From assembly GCA_964035545.1 (NCBI GenBank), contig OZ037765.1, forward strand, positions 35,364,080 to 35,428,079: a stretch of 64,000 nucleotides of DNA, read 5' to 3'. The position numbers and the translations under genes are program-made. The notes under the pieces are model-generated. The model saw nothing but the letters and a program-made list of their open reading frames with translations. It searched no databases and was not told where the DNA came from. Below, piece by piece: positions 1 to 15,374 of this stretch (its first letter is position 1; every line of letters begins with the position of its first letter). The stretch is from Bugula neritina (Eukaryota > Animalia > Bryozoa).

Positions 1-203
1 TGATTTTATGATATTGGAATTTTTAAAATTATATTCACAAAGCAGCGCCATGACATATAGTGGATAGTAATGTACTACAGACATTGGATAGACAAAGTAT
101 AAGTTAGGTATAACTAATGATTTGTATATAACAGCTATAGTAAAGCTTAGTTAGTTATACTCTTTATCAGTTCTATGGTTATAATAATTATATGTTTATG
201 CAG

Positions 204-3200
204 GCGCTAAGGCTAATCAGAGAGAAGAAAACTACATAGAGCTTTCTTATACTGAAGGCAAAGAATTCCAACTGACTTTTAGAGCTGAGCCTGTAAAAGA
301 CAAAGATGGCGGTGTGTCCTTAGATGACATAATTCTATCGGAATGTCCTTTGAGGAAAATTGGAAATGGTGAGGTCACAGAAAATGTTTGTGATTAGGTT
401 ATATAGACTGACAGAATTGTTAAATGAGACTAAAGTGAGACATTGTCACTGATACACTTTCAGTTGTGTTGGTTGATGTGTTGATAAAAATAACTGTCAG
501 TAGCTGATTTCAGGTAATAATGGCACAGGTAATAATGGCACAGGTAATAATGGCACAGGTAGTAATGGCACAGGTAACAATGGCACAGGTAACAATGGCA
601 CAGATGATAAAGTAGATAAGAACTGCACACTGATGTTAAACCACCTCAAACCCAAACCCCCAACCCCCACCCCAAATCCTAATATTGAAAATGCGCCATG
701 TTTACTTACTTTGCCAGTTGTGCCATTTTTACCTGTGAGCTAGGCCTTCTGCAGCCACCCGCTACCTGAACAGGACAAAGCGGAGATAGGTGAGAATAGG
801 TGAGAATAGGTGAGAATAGAATGTTTACCTGTGCCATTACAAGCCATGTATATAATTCTGTTCATAGCTGCCCATAAGTGTATTTAACTGTATATATAAC
901 TCTATATATAACTGTATATAGCTGTCAGATATTAATAACACTATCACAGGTGGAAGCAGCTTTGAGACTGAGGGATTTGGTGGATGGTCTGCAACCGGAT
1001 GGTTGCTAAGTAAAGACGCAGCTGGCTCTATAAACATACCTCTTATTGACCACACAACTGGGCAGCGTATGTTACATCAGATGTAATGTTATTAATAAGT
1101 GTGGCCCTGTAAAGTCAAACTTGTGTTGTGGTTTCTACATGAAACATTCTATGTATTTATGTAGGTTGTTGACTAATCTAGAGCTGGAAATATAATCTGC
1201 CAAATGCAGGAGCACATGCTTTGTGCTATCGTGAACAATATTTGATACAAACTAGCGGTAGAAGTCATTGTCTTCTCATGAAACTTAATAGTAGTTATAT
1301 GAAACTGTTTCAGGAAATTGATATCTGCTGGTTGTACTTTCTCATTTTAACAATCTACTATTTTAGCCAACGGAGGTTTCGCAGTAGCTACCAGCATGGG
1401 CTCCGATACGTCTCTGCTAACATCTCCAGTGTTTAAAATTCTCAATGAGGTCTGTCTGCAGTTTTTGTACTACCCTATTGAACTGTCCGGAGAGCTCAAT
1501 GTAAGCTTACATTACAACAGTGAGACTGGAGAGAACACAGTGCTGTGGCGGAAAACTTTCACCAACAATGTCACCAGCACCGAGTGGGAAGAGGTTTACG
1601 TGCCGGTGAGAGATGTCAAAGGATCCTTCCAAGTAGTGGTGTCTACCAATCTCCAACTCAACGGGTCTCTCTCTGTTGATGACATCGTACTGCAACCGTA
1701 CAAAGGTTCAACATGTGAAGGTGTGTAATGGTGCATTTGATCAGTACAACTCCATAGTAGACTGTGGTACGCCTTAGATTGTATTTTGCTGTAGATTGTA
1801 CCATGTTGTAGATTATGCAGTGCAATGCAGCTATTATATTTCATAGACTGCATGGAAAAACTGTGCTGAGCCATTAACTGCAGTATTTTTTATTCAATAT
1901 TTAAATGAATAAGTTTGTGGCAATTTCTATAAAATATTTAAATAATAATTATAGTTCATATCACATGCAGATACACTTTACTAAAACATTTGAAACACTT
2001 TGGGTGACCAGTTTAGTAGAATTCCATACATTTTGTTGGCAATTTGTTGACGTGATGCGAGTGCAGGGTCGTTTAACAATTTCTACATTGACTAGTCTTG
2101 GACTATAAACACTTCCATCAGTTTGAGTCTTGAGACTTCCTCTTACAGCCATGAAGTCAGCACCAGAGCCACAGTACCTTTCCACAACACAACCCATCAC
2201 CACAACTACTCTACCAACCACTCTACCAACCACTCTACCAACCACTCTACCAACCACTCTACCAACCACTCTACCAACCACTCTACCAACCACTCAGCCA
2301 ACCACTCTACCAACCACTCAGCCAACCACTCTACCAACGACTCTGTCATGTAAACCACGTCTTCCTTCTCGCGCGATTCCAAAACCACACACCTTTGAGA
2401 AGAGAACACTGCCTACATCTGGATCTGATTGGAGAATAGAAACAGCCAGAACATCTGCAGGTATAGGATATGACCATACATCGTGGACTGCTGATGGAAG
2501 ATACCTGTTTGTTAATAACACTGTGGATAAAGCAAATATTCGTATCCAGGCTTTCACCATACCCCCTTGCCACGAGTTGTGCCTTTCGTTCTATTATTCC
2601 TTGAAAGGGACTAATACTACATTTAGCATTTATCAAACATGGTTTGGGAGATCAAGCAAAATCTACTTTGCTACAGTAGTCCAGCAAGATCAAGATGGAT
2701 GGTGCAGCCAACATGTCAGCCTGGGGTAAACTTATTCATTTATAATTGTTGATGGACATGGAGGTGCACATATATATATGAGTTCAGGCAGTAGAATAAT
2801 TGCAATGTTTGTATTGACAAACTAACCAATACTTTTCTGGTCAACACTTGATAAAGCTTTTTGTGTGAAATGAACTTTCCAAAATTTTATATTACACAAT
2901 ATTATATTACATCATATTATATTATATTATATTACATCATATTATATTATATCATATTATATTACAACATATTATATTATACTTAGAGTACAATTTTGAT
3001 GGAATGTACCTTTCAACTCAAAACTGATTCTGTCTCATCTATTGGAAACACATCTATACTGCGGTTCATCAACCGAGATAAATTATTCTATTATTGTACA
3101 TTGCAGGTTGATAGACAAACCCTACAGCTACTACCTAGAAGGGACAATAAATGAACCAGATGGCTACATCGCCATTGATGACATTAGTTTTAGTCTAGGA

Positions 3201-5546
3201 ACCTGTGCTACCCCTTCCTATAGTACTTGTGCCAAACTCAATGTCAGCTCAACTGCTAGTTATTCTACAGAAGAAACTACCACCAGCTCACAGCTGAGTA
3301 ACACAACTATGGGGAACAGTAACATGAAAGTAGATAGTGGTAACATTACTGAATATGAAAGCACCCCATCCACTAATCCAGTAACTACGTCTGCAACCAT
3401 AGAGCCTACTGTGAAACTTGATGGCTCTAGTACAAAGTCCATTCTATCCCCATCAACTCCGCCCAATTTCAATGTGACATTACATCCTACAACTAGCAAA
3501 GCTCCGCCTACAACTACCAAAGATTCGTCAACCACTCAGTCAACCACTCTGTCATGTAGACCAGCTCCTCCTCGCCGCGCTATCCCAAGATCACATACCT
3601 TTGAGAAAAGAACACTGATTACATCTGGATCTGAGTGGAGAATAGAGACAGCCAAAACATCTGCAGGTATAGGATATGACCATACATCGTGGACTGCTGA
3701 TGGAAGATACCTGTTTGTTAATAACACTGTGGATAAAACAAATATCCGTATCCAAACCTTCACCATACCACCTTGCCTCGAGTTATGCCTTTCGTTCTAT
3801 TATTCCCTGAAAGGGACTAATACTACATTTAGCATTTATCAAACACATTTTGGGAGATCAAGCAAAATCTACTTCACTACAGTAGTCCAGCAAGATCAAG
3901 ATGGATGGTGCAGCCAACATGTCAGCCTGGGGTAAACTTATTCATTTATAATTGTTGATGGACATGGAGGTGCACATATATATATGAGTTCAGGCAGAAG
4001 AATAATTGCAATGTTTGTATTGACAAACTAACCAATACTTTTCTGGTCAATACTTAATAAAGCTTTTTGTGTGAAATGAACTTTCCAAGATTTTATATTA
4101 CACAATATTATATTACATCATATTATATTATATTATATTACATCATATTATTTTATACTTAGAGTACAATTTTGATGGAATGTACCTATCAACTCAAAAC
4201 TGATCCTGTCTCATCTATTGGAAACACATCTATACTGCGGTTCATCAACTGAAGTCAATTATTCTATTATTGTACATTGCAGGTTGATAGACAAACCCTA
4301 CAGCTACTACCTAGAAGGGACAATAAATGAACCAGATGGTTACATCGCCATTGATGACATTAGTTTTAGTCTAGGAACCTGTGCTACCCCTTCCTATAGT
4401 ACTTGTGCCAAACTCAATGTCAGCTCAACTGCTAGTTATTCTACAGAAGAAACTACCACCAGCTCACAGCTGAGTAACACAACTATGGGGAACAGTAACA
4501 TGACAGTAGATAGTGGTAACATTACTGAATATGAAAGCACCCCATCCACTAATCCAGTAACTACGTCTGCAACCATAGAGCCTACTGTGAAACTTGATGG
4601 CTCTAGTACAAAGTCCATTCTATCCCCATCAACTCCGCCCAATTTCAATGTGACATTACATCCTACAACTAGCAAAGCTCCGCCTACAACTACCAAAGCT
4701 CCGCCTACAACTACCAAAGCTCCGCCTACGACTACCAAAGCTCCGCCTACGACTACCAAAGCTCCGCCTACAACTACTAAGGCTCTGCCTACAACTACCA
4801 AAGCTCCGCCTACGACTACCAAAGCTCCGCCTACGACTACCAAAGCTCCGCCTACAACTACTAAAGCTCTACCTACAACTACCAAAGCTCCGCCTACAAC
4901 TACCAAAGCTCCGCCTACAACTACCAAAGCTCCGCCTACAACTACTAATGCGCTGCCTGCAACTACCAAAGCTCCATCTGCAATTACCAAAGCTCTGCCT
5001 ACAACTAGAGAAACTACAAGTGTAACTACCGACATCTCATCTAGCAAAACGCAAGCCCCTATTACTAGCTTACCAGTTACAACACAAAAAATAGCATCGG
5101 GGCCAGATGGGCAGAGAAATAACTTAAAAGAACAAGAATCTTCAAAGAGTGAGTTGAAATAATGTGAGATAACAAAATGCGACTCTACTACAAGTAACTG
5201 TGACTATAACTACTAAATATTGTAACTTGGACTATATCTACTACATGTACATATAACTTGGACTATATCTACTACATGTACATAATATAACTATGAGTAT
5301 ATCTACTATACATATAACTATGAGTATATTATCTACTACATGTATAACTATAAGTGTATCTAATATTACATTTCTGTTTTAGCGAGCCCAATTCCATGGT
5401 TTACGTGGGTGATAGCAGGTGTGGCTGCAGCTTTAGTCATTCTTCTGCACAGTTGGTTTAAGGTCATACTTTTCATTTTCTGGCTCTTTGCCAGGTGCTT
5501 TATGTTCTATATGAACAATGTTCCACTGATAGCTCGAACAGGTTGA
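204..5546 (+). CDS. 3' portion of a multi-exon MAM-domain protein gene with Thr/Pro-rich mucin-like linkers and a C-terminal hydrophobic (transmembrane) segment; 5' end lies outside the window
   Basis: Exons encode MAM motifs: GGVSLDDIILSECP (~204-368), SFE..W...DHTTG (~950-1066), CLQFLYY...GSLSVDDIVL...C (1396-1720), DHTSW..GRYLFV...CLSFYY (2130-2725, 3107-3931) and GYIAIDDISF..GTC (3107ff, 4283ff). TTLP and TTKAPP repeats lie between them. The exon from 5383 encodes PWFTWVIAGVAAALVILL... and ends at TGA 5544-5546. GT/AG boundaries flank the exons. Confidence 0.75.
2340..4696 (+). repeat. Recent ~1.2-kb tandem duplication of a MAM exon-intron-exon module (about 2340-3520 versus 3546-4696)
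   Basis: ORFs 3042-3935 and 4218-5162 begin almost identically. ORFs 2130-2729 and 3042-3935 end almost identically. The introns starting at ~2726 and ~3932 are near-identical. Confidence 0.85.
4672..5006 (+). repeat. Coding 21-bp minisatellite (TTKAPPT heptads, mucin-like stalk)
   Basis: Repeated aaagctccgcctacaactacc in frame within ORF 4218-5162. Confidence 0.9.
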
Positions 5547-8090
5547 ATGTCACAGGAACAAAAAAAATATGAAAAGATAAAGAAACTCATGTTCTCCAAT
5601 ATACTTTTTTATTTTTTTCAAAAGCCAATTCATGTTTAAGTTATAGCTTGTTGAAAAACATAGTCCCCCTTCCACATTCTTTTCAATTTATACGCTCCTG
5701 ACTTGTTATTGTGTCTCAATAATATGCCTTGTATTTGAGTGCTTGTTAGTCTCGCTTCACTAACTTTGCCTATACTTCACAAGTGCCAGTGCTGCTGGCT
5801 CAAAAGCTAAATGTTATAAACTGTCAGCTAAAACCCAATCTTGTATTCCTAGGTTGGTTGGCCTAAATAAAACAATAGTCAAATCATGATTTCATGTTTT
5901 AAAAATTTACTCTATTCTAACCTGCTGCCTAGCTAGTTCTCTTTTTGATGTATAATTACAAAATTTGTGATACATTTTTTTGGCAACCATGTGATTTATA
6001 AAATGCAGTAATGGTACTTATAATATTATATTATTATCATTATAATATATTATATAGTATTATGTGTGTTTTTATTATACTGCATAATATCTATTTTATT
6101 ATTGTTGTTGCGCAAACAAGTGCAATTAACCTAGTTTTCAAAATGTACCTCTAAATTATCAGAATATCAGTTTAGATATTTTCATGCTTTGTTAGGTAAA
6201 CCTAAAAAAAGAGGCTGTATTCCCAAAGTAAAGGGTGTTGAACTATGAACTATATTAGATTAGCCACTCTGCTACCAAGTGCATCAGTATAATATTATAT
6301 GAATAGCTCTGATGCTTTGCCTCCGGTGGCTGGCTGCGATATGATAACTTGGCCAACTTCCAAGAGTTTAAAATTGGCGCAATTATTCAAGAGGTTACAT
6401 GCTGCACAGAGCTAGCAGTGATAGTAACCTTGCTATTGGCAGTACTTATTACAACTGCCAGCATATAAGCTGCATTGTAGAATGCCGTTGGGGTAGGCTA
6501 GTAAAACCAAATTCTGCTCTCTAATATACCTTAGACACAATGCAGCAACATAATTGTTCATTTCAAATTACATTGCCACCCTTACATGAGCTGTGGGCTT
6601 CATAAAGATTCATATGATTAGAGATTTATGCTATAGGCTAGCTATGATGAAAATAACACACCATTGTCAAAGTTAACTTCAAGTATGTTGTTTTCCAGAA
6701 ACTCAGTAATGTCCATTTATCTCTCGCATACAAATACTTATGTAATACCATACAGTTTAAGTTTTATTTTAGAGCACATCTGCAAACTCTACAATAAGAG
6801 CTTGCTTTACCAGTCTATTTCAGACCTGTTTTTGTAGCTAGTAATACGCAAGCTACTTATTTTTAAACTTTTGGGTTATTTGTTCAAAACCATTTGCTTT
6901 GACTGCTATCAACATGAATTGACAGCCTAATAATTATAACCCATTTGCGCGCGAAATATTTATGTAATGATAGTAACTCAAATAGTGCACGTTTTAGAAG
7001 CATGACTGCGTGGTCCAGAGGTTAGAGGCGTCAGGGACGAGTTGGTTGGTCATGGTTCAACCCTGTTTTGTTGCAATTTTTTTGTCAACTTATGCAAATC
7101 CTACGCGTGTATAATAAATATGGCTATAATTGTAAAGTTTTTTTTTAACTTTTGTTCAACAGTAAGACAACATACATGCATAATAATTAGATACTGAACA
7201 CTAGACTAAACCTTAAATTGATCTTATAGAATACAATGTACTTAAAATAATCATATGCGAATTAGAGAAACTGAAAGTATACACCTGCTGCGCTATAGAC
7301 AGACCTTTACTGACAAGACTGCAAAGTGAAGTGATTTAGCTGAAATTAACTCTGCCAAACAAACAAAGAATTATGTTGTGCTGAGGCATTTTCAATATAT
7401 TATTGTAACATAGTGAGATGATTCAGCTAAGTGCTAATGTAAAACAGGGAACATTATATTGGCAGAAATCCAATAGATTGCCAATTTGTGCGAGAGGGTA
7501 CTATATGTTATTGTGATAGCGCAGAGCGGCAAACGTACTAGGAATGTTATAATTAGTCACAGGAGCGTAGCTAGAACCACCATATGAAGAATTTAGAAAA
7601 TTGCAGTGAAACTTGCAAAATGGTGTATGTTTTTACCAAATTGTGAAGAGCATAAACAGAATTTCAAAAAACAAAGAAAGTATATTAGAGAAAACATATC
7701 AAGGAATGTCAAGTTTAACTTTTAGACTTTATAAAATGAATCCCCTGTGCTACAGCAGTGGAACATGGAGGGTGTAAAATTTTACTTATTATGCAACAAC
7801 TTTCTCAGAAAATTTTTTATTGAAAAATTAAAAAAGTATATGAAAGAGGAATGCAAGAGCTATCTTTTCATGTAAAATTTGTTAATGTGAGACAAAAACT
7901 GTTCGAGCTATCCCCTGGAAACCGTTTATATATAACATAAAGCAGTGCATGAATCTGGAAAGTAATGACCTTAAACTAACTGTGTGCTGGCTGTTGGTAT
8001 AGCTCTTTATAAAAAGAGGTAAAAATTACACCTAACTTATATACTTGACTTTCACCACTAACGTTTTGTATATTTGTTATACTATGTCAC

Positions 8091-10834
8091 AATTATAGAA
8101 AGGCAAAGAGTATTTATACTCTACACTATGTTATGATTACAGAAAGGCAAAGAGTACTTATACTATACACTATGTTATGATTATAGAAAGGCAAAGAGTA
8201 CTAATACTATACACTATGCTATGATTATAGAAAGGCAAAGAGTATTTATACTATACACTATGTTATGATTATAGAAAGGCAAAGAGTACTTATACTATAC
8301 ACTATGATATGATTATAGAAAGGCAAAGAGTACTTATACTATACACTATGTTATGATTATAGAAAGGCAAAGAGTACTTATACTCTACACTATGTTATGA
8401 TTATAGAGAGGCAAAGAGTATTTATACTATACACTATGTTATGATTATAGAAAGGCAAAGAGTACTTATACTATACACTATGTTATGATTATAGAAAGGC
8501 AAAGAGTACTTATACTATACACTATGTTATGATTATAGAAAGGCAAAGAGTACTTATACTCTACACTATGTTATGATTATAGAAAGGCAAAGAGTACTTA
8601 TACTCTACACTATGATATGATTATAGAAAGGCAAAGAGTACTTATACTATACACTATGTTATGATTATAGAAAGGCAAAGAGTACTTATACTCTACACTA
8701 TGTTATGATTATAGAAAGGCAAAGAGTACTTATACTCTACACTATGATATGATTATAGAAAGGCAAAGAGTACTTATACTATACACTATGTTATGATTAT
8801 AGAAAGGCAAAGAGTACTTATACTATACACTATGTTATGATTATAGAAAGGCAAAGAGTACTTATACTCTACACTATGTTATGATTATAGAAAGGCAAAG
8901 AGTACTTATACTCTAGACTATGATATGATTATAGAAAGGCAAAGAGTACTTATACTATACACTATGTTATGATTATAGAAAGGCAAAGAGTACTTATACT
9001 ATACACTATGTTATGATTATAGAAAGGCAAAGAGTACTTATACTCTACACTATGATATGATTATAGAAAGGCAAAGAGTACTTATACTATACACTATGTT
9101 ATGATTATAGAAAGGCAAAGAGTACTTATACTATACACTATGTTATGATTATAGAAAGGCAAAGAGTACTTATACTCTACACTATGATATGATTATAGAA
9201 AGGCAAAGAGTACTTATACTATACACTATGTTATGATTATAGAAAGGCAAAGAGTACTTATACTATACACTATGATATGATTATAGAAAGGCAAAGAGTA
9301 CTTATGCTCTACACTATGTTATGATTATAGAGAGGCAAAGAGTACTTATACTATACACTATGCTATGATTATAGAAAGGCAAAGAGTACTTATACTATAC
9401 ACTATGATATGATTATAGAAAGGCAAAGAGTACTTATACTCTACACTATGTTATGATTATAGAAAGGCAAAGAGTACTTATACTCTACACTATGTTATGA
9501 TTATAGAAAGGCAAAGAGTACTTATGCTCTACACTATGTTATGATTATAGAAAGGCAAAGAGTACTTATACTATACACTATGATATGATTATAGAAAGGC
9601 AAAGAGTACTTATACTATACACTATGTTATGATTATAGAAAGGCAAAGAGTACTTATACTATACACTATGATATGATTATAGAAAGGCAAAGAGTACTTA
9701 TGCTCTACACTATGTTATGATTATAGAGAGGCAAAGAGTACTTATACTATACACTATGCTATGATTATAGAAAGGCAAAGAGTACTTATACTATACACTA
9801 TGATATGATTATAGAGAGGCAAAGAGTACTTATACTATACACTATGCTATGATTATAGAAAGGCAAAGAGTACTTATACTCTACACTATGTTATGATTAT
9901 AGAGAGGCAAAGAGTACTTATACTCTACACTATGTTATGATTATAGAAAGGCAAAGAGTACTTATGCTCTACACTATGTTATGATTATAGAAAGGCAAAG
10001 AGTACTTATACTATACACTATGATATGATTATAGAAAGGCAAAGAGTACTTATACTATACACTATGTTATGATTATAGAAAGGCAAAGAGTACTTATACT
10101 ATACACTATGATATGATTATAGAAAGGCAAAGAGTACTTATGCTCTACACTATGTTATGATTATAGAGAGGCAAAGAGTACTTATACTATACACTATGCT
10201 ATGATTATAGAAAGGCAAAGAGTACTTATACTATACACTATGATATGATTATAGAGAGGCAAAGAGTACTTATACTATACACTATGCTATGATTATAGAA
10301 AGGCAAAGAGTACTTATACTCTACACTATGATATGATTATAGAGAGGCAAAGAGTACTTATACTCTACACTATGATATGATTATAGAGAGGCAAAGAGTA
10401 CTTATACTCTACACTATGTTATGATTATAGAAAGGCAAAGAGTACTTATACTATACACTATGTTATGATTATAGAAAGGCAAAGAGTACTTATACTCTAC
10501 ACTATGTTATGATTATAGAAAGGCAAAGAGTACTTATACTCTACACTATGATATGATTATAGAAAGGCAAAGAGTACTTATACTATACACTATGTTATGA
10601 TTATAGAAAGGCAAAGAGTACTTATACTCTACACTATGTTATGATTATAGAAAGGCAAAGAGTACTTATACTCTACACTATGATATGATTATAGAAAGGC
10701 AAAGAGTACTTATACTATACACTATGTTATGATTATAGAAAGGCAAAGAGTACTTATACTATACACTATGATATGATTATAGAAAGGCAAAGAGTACTTA
10801 TACTATACACTATATTATGATTATAGAAAGGCAA
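8091..10834. repeat. 44-bp satellite array, about 62 copies, between the MAM gene and the HSDL2 3' end
   Basis: Unit tatactatacactatgttatgattatagaaaggcaaagagtact; aggcaaagag recurs every 44 nt (8101, 8145, ...). Confidence 0.95.
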
Positions 10835-11238
10835 GGAGGGTGAAGATAGAACCAGTGAGGTCTCACAGCATCAGCCTATCTTCACCGTTCGATGACATGG
10901 GTCAGCGGAATTTGGTAGTGAATGGCGTAGAAGAGCAAGAACAGAGCAACTTTTAAAGTATTTCGTGCCAAAGAGTATATAGAGTAGCAGAGATGATAAA
11001 TACTGCGACGTTTTGTAAATATATTAATTATTAAAATGGTGCTTTGACAAGACATTGTTATTTATTCACAAGTGACAGTTTATTATTACCACTAAACATG
11101 CATATAATGTGATTTAGTAAAAGGAAATACTACTAATGTATGAAGAATTAAGAGAATACAATTAAATTTATATGTTAATAAATTATACCATTGGAGTGAA
11201 AACATGGAAATATCAAAACTTAGTAAAAATCTTAAGAG

Positions 11239-14200
11239 TTACAACTTTGACTTGTTCAACTTCTTTATAATCTTTTCTAATTTCATGGCCATCATCATAT
11301 CGCCATCTATTTTCAGTCGGCCCGTCATAAACGCCGTGGTACTGCTTAATTGACCTCTGAAAATCTTAACAAAGTTGGCGGAGGTCATTGTAAGAGTTGC
11401 ATTAGCTTCTGCATGTTCCCCCTGACTAATACGCCCAGATCCGTTCTTTAGATCCACACACCAACTGCCTCCGTCTGAAATACCAAAGTAACGATATAAT
11501 TGCTACTATAAATAGAACATGGTACTATAAATAGAACATGGTACTATAAATAGAACATGGTACTATAAATAGAACATGGCACTATAAATAGAACATGGTA
11601 CTATAAATAGAACATGGTACTATAAATAGAACATGGTACTATAAATAGAACATGGTACTATAAATAGAACATGGCACTATAAATAAAACATGGTACTATT
11701 TGAGTAAAACAAAATTTCCAGATTTACTAAACACACTGCAACTAACCACACCTACACTGCTAGCATGCCTACTGTCATGCATAAACAGTTCAAAAAACTA
11801 GAAGTTCGTATCATGAAGACGAGGACAGGGGGGATATATTCAGAGAGAGAGATTAAGGAGGGTAGAGCTGACCTTTCAGCTTGAAGACAAAGATGGCGCC
11901 AACAGACTTGACGTAGTCCTCACTCATGATGCTTTTCACAGACTCCATGATGCCGGTCACCTCTGCTGTATCCACATTAGTCCCACTGCTGCCGGCAGAT
12001 CCTTCAGACGCTGCCACTCTGCGGTCCAGCTCCTTCGACTCCTTGAGCTGAGCGTCCGGGTCTGCTGCCTCCAAGAAGAAGTCGGGCATCAGTTCGTGAC
12101 CTGTTAAAGAGAGTACAGAGATGAGAGTACAGAGGTGAGAGTACTGTTAGAGAGAGTACAGAGGAGAGAGTACTGTTAGAGAGAGTACAGAGTAGGAAGC
12201 TGTACTAACCTGGCACGCAGGCGTACTGCTCCATGTCTTCCACCCCCGCCTCTCTCAGCACCTCCTCATCGATAGCAAAGTTGCCAGTGAAAGAGAGACT
12301 GTTCCTCGTCACCATGGCGTAGGCAGCGTCAGCCATTATCTCCGGCTTACGACAGGAACTGGCAATTTCTGGACCTCCGCCCAGCATTTCCATGGCTGCT
12401 GTGATGATAGCTGCAGGTACAAAGTGAAGAACCATGAAACTATGATGCAGTACATACACCACAACCACCACCACCAGTACCACCACCAGTACCGCCAGTA
12501 CCACCACCAGTATCACCACCACCAGTACCACCACCAGTACCACCACCAGCACCACCACCAGTACCACCACCACTAGTTACTAGTTACTAATAGTATTCTA
12601 TATCTCACCAGTCTTTGGCCACAGAGCATTCACAGCTACTCCATCTTTTCTGAACTCTTCCGCCATTCCGAGAACACAGAAGGACATTCCATACTTGGCG
12701 AGGGTGTAGGCTGTGTGAGAGTGAAACATGACATTACGTAATAGCATTACATAATACTGTGATATAGTACTGTGATACTGTGATATGATACTATAGTACT
12801 ATGATATGATGCTGTGATATGATACTATGATATGATGCTATGATATGATACTGTGATATGATACTATGATATGATATTGTGATATGATACTATGATATGA
12901 TACTATGATATAGTACTATGATATGATACTATGATACGATATTGTGATATGACACTATGATATGATACTGTGATATGATACTGTGATATGATACTGTGAT
13001 ATGATACTGTGATGTTATACTGTGATATGATACTGTGATATGATACTGTGATATGATACTGTGATATGATACTGTGATATTATACTGTGATATGATACTG
13101 TGATATTATACTGTGATATGATACTGTGATATGATACTGTGATATGATACTGTGATATTATACTGTGATATGATACTATGATATGACACTGAGATATGAT
13201 ACTGTGATATGATACTGTGATATGATACTGTGATATGATACTGTGATATTATACTGTGATATAGACTGAGGTCGTCAACTCTGCAGAAAGAGCTGTTAGG
13301 TAGATGAAAGAGAATATATCTTAAGAAAGCCATCTATTGAGTAAAACATGTGACAAGAATATTGTACTCGGTGGAGTCAAATATTGAGGATAAAGTCAAA
13401 CCGTTATGATTCTTGAACCACTTGGGGTCCATGTTGAGAGGGGGACTGATGTTGAGTATGTGAGCATTCTTAGCCACCTTCAGGTACGGCAATGCCGCCT
13501 TGGAACTGAAATAGACAACAAATACGGCTGTGTAGAGCAGGTAGTGAGGTAACTAACAGGTAACACAAAGGTAACTAACAGGTAACTCACAGGTAACTCA
13601 CAGGTAACACACAGGTAACTAACATACCACAGGTAGGTTCCTCTAGCGTTGACTCCCATCATCAGGTCGTACTTCTTCATGGAAGTTTCCAGAGTGCCGG
13701 TGAGAGAGATGGCCGACGCGTTGTTCACCAGAATGTCAATTCCGCCAAACTTCCTGACGGTGGCTTCTACGGCCTCGCTGACTTGTTCTTCGGATCTGAT
13801 GTCGACAGCACAGGGGAGACAACCACCCCCTGCTGCCTCGACTAGTGACACGGCAGCAAAAGGTGGTATACAGTATAAGGTAGTATATAGTATAAGGTAG
13901 TATATAGTATAAGGTAGTATACAGTATATAGTATAAGGTAGTATATAGTATAAGGTAGTATATAGTATAAGATAGTATATAGTACAAGGTAGTATATAGT
14001 ATAAGGTAGTATATAGTATAGTATATAGTATAAGGTAGTATATAGTATAAGGTAGTATACAGTATATAGTATACAGTATAGTATATAGTATAGTATATAG
14101 TATAAGGTAGTATATAGTATAAGGTAGTATATAGTATAAGGTAGTATATAGTATAAGGTAGTATATAGTATAAGGTAGTATATAGTATAAGGTAGTATAT

Positions 14201-15374
14201 AGTATAGTATATAGTATAAGGTAGTATATAGTATACAGTATAGTATATAGTATAAGGTAGTATATAGTATAAGGTAGTATATAGTATAAGGTAGTATATA
14301 GTATAAGGTAGTATATAGTATATAGTATAAGGTAGTATATAGTATAAGGTAGTATATAGTATAAGGTAGTATATAGTATAAGGTAGTATATAGTATAAGG
14401 TAGTATATAGTATATAGTATATAGTATAAGATAGTATATAGTATAAGGTAGTATATAGTATAAGGTAGTATATAGTATAAGGTAGTATACAGTATATAGT
14501 ATACAGTATAGTATATAGTATAGTATATAGTATAAGGTAGTATATAGTATAAGGTAGTATATAGTATAAGGTAGTATATAGTATAAGGTAGTATATAGTA
14601 TAAGGTAGTATATAGTATATAGTATAAGGTAGTATATAGTATAAGGTAGTATATAGTATAGAGTAGTATATAGTATAAGGTAGTATATAGTATAAGGTAG
14701 TATATAGTATATAGTATAAGGTAGTATATAGTATAAGGTAGTATATAGTATAAGGTAGTATATAGTATATAGTATAAGGTAGTATATAGTATAGAGTAGT
14801 ATATAGTATAGAGAATAAGGTAGTATATAGTATAAGATAATACAGTCACTCACTTTCCTTAGCCACTGAGTAAATAGTGCCAGGGAGTTTAGGGTGTGGA
14901 GAGGTAGTTTTAGCTGCTATAGTTATGTTAGCTCCATCCTGGGCACACTTCAACGCAATAGCTCTACCAATACCTCTACTCGCTCCACTGATAAAAACAG
15001 TCTTTCCAGCGAGTTTGCTGCAAAGTGTGAGAAAATAGAAACTTCGACATTGACTGCACCAAGAAATAGGTACCAATACGTGATATGTATTATTATATTT
15101 GACAGAAAATCTACTACAAATTGGCAATTCGTCAATAAAATGTCAGACTGAGTACTTTAGATACAACCACTCCATGAGCCAAAGTTTTTCAATTATCTAT
15201 GGAGTAGGGAAATACTTTGTAATTGAGATGAATGTCAAAAGCAAACATAAATAAATAGAGATATTATTTGTGCGGTAAATATTAATTGTGCAGGTAGATG
15301 TTATTTGTGTAGGTAGGTAGAACTAATAATGATTCACACTAACAAATAGTCACTTACCCTGTATTGAAAGCCAT
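11239..15374 (-). CDS. HSDL2: Hydroxysteroid dehydrogenase-like 2 (SDR domain + SCP2 domain, PTS1). Exons: 15374-15358, 15017-14854, 13841-13628, 13505-13402, 12710-12609, 12410-12210, 12100-11873, 11474-11239
   Basis: MAFNTG/KLAGKTVFISGASRGIG (Rossmann motif), AKTTSPHPKLPGTIY, GGIDILVNNASAI, AYTLAKYGMS (YxxxK), ALWPKT, CRKPEIMADAAY, an SCP2 domain (AFMTGRLKIDGDMMMAMKL) and C-terminal SKL. All introns are GT-AG with consistent phases. Confidence 0.95.
11503..11698. repeat. 19-bp intronic minisatellite in HSDL2
   Basis: Unit ggtactataaatagaacat, about 10 copies. Confidence 0.9.
12755..13262. repeat. ~13-bp intronic minisatellite in HSDL2
   Basis: Unit gatactgtgatat. Confidence 0.9.
13870..14835. 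repeat. 17-bp intronic minisatellite in HSDL2
   Basis: Unit gtataaggtagtatata; produces the spurious Y/T/I/L-rich ORFs in the track. Confidence 0.9.

Noticed and set aside
8091-10834. 44-bp array as a CRISPR or coding repeat
   Set aside because: No spacers and no ORF; it is a simple satellite.
13480-14853. 457-aa and 335-aa Y/I/L/T-rich ORFs
   Set aside because: Minisatellite read-through; only 13628-13841 is a real HSDL2 exon.
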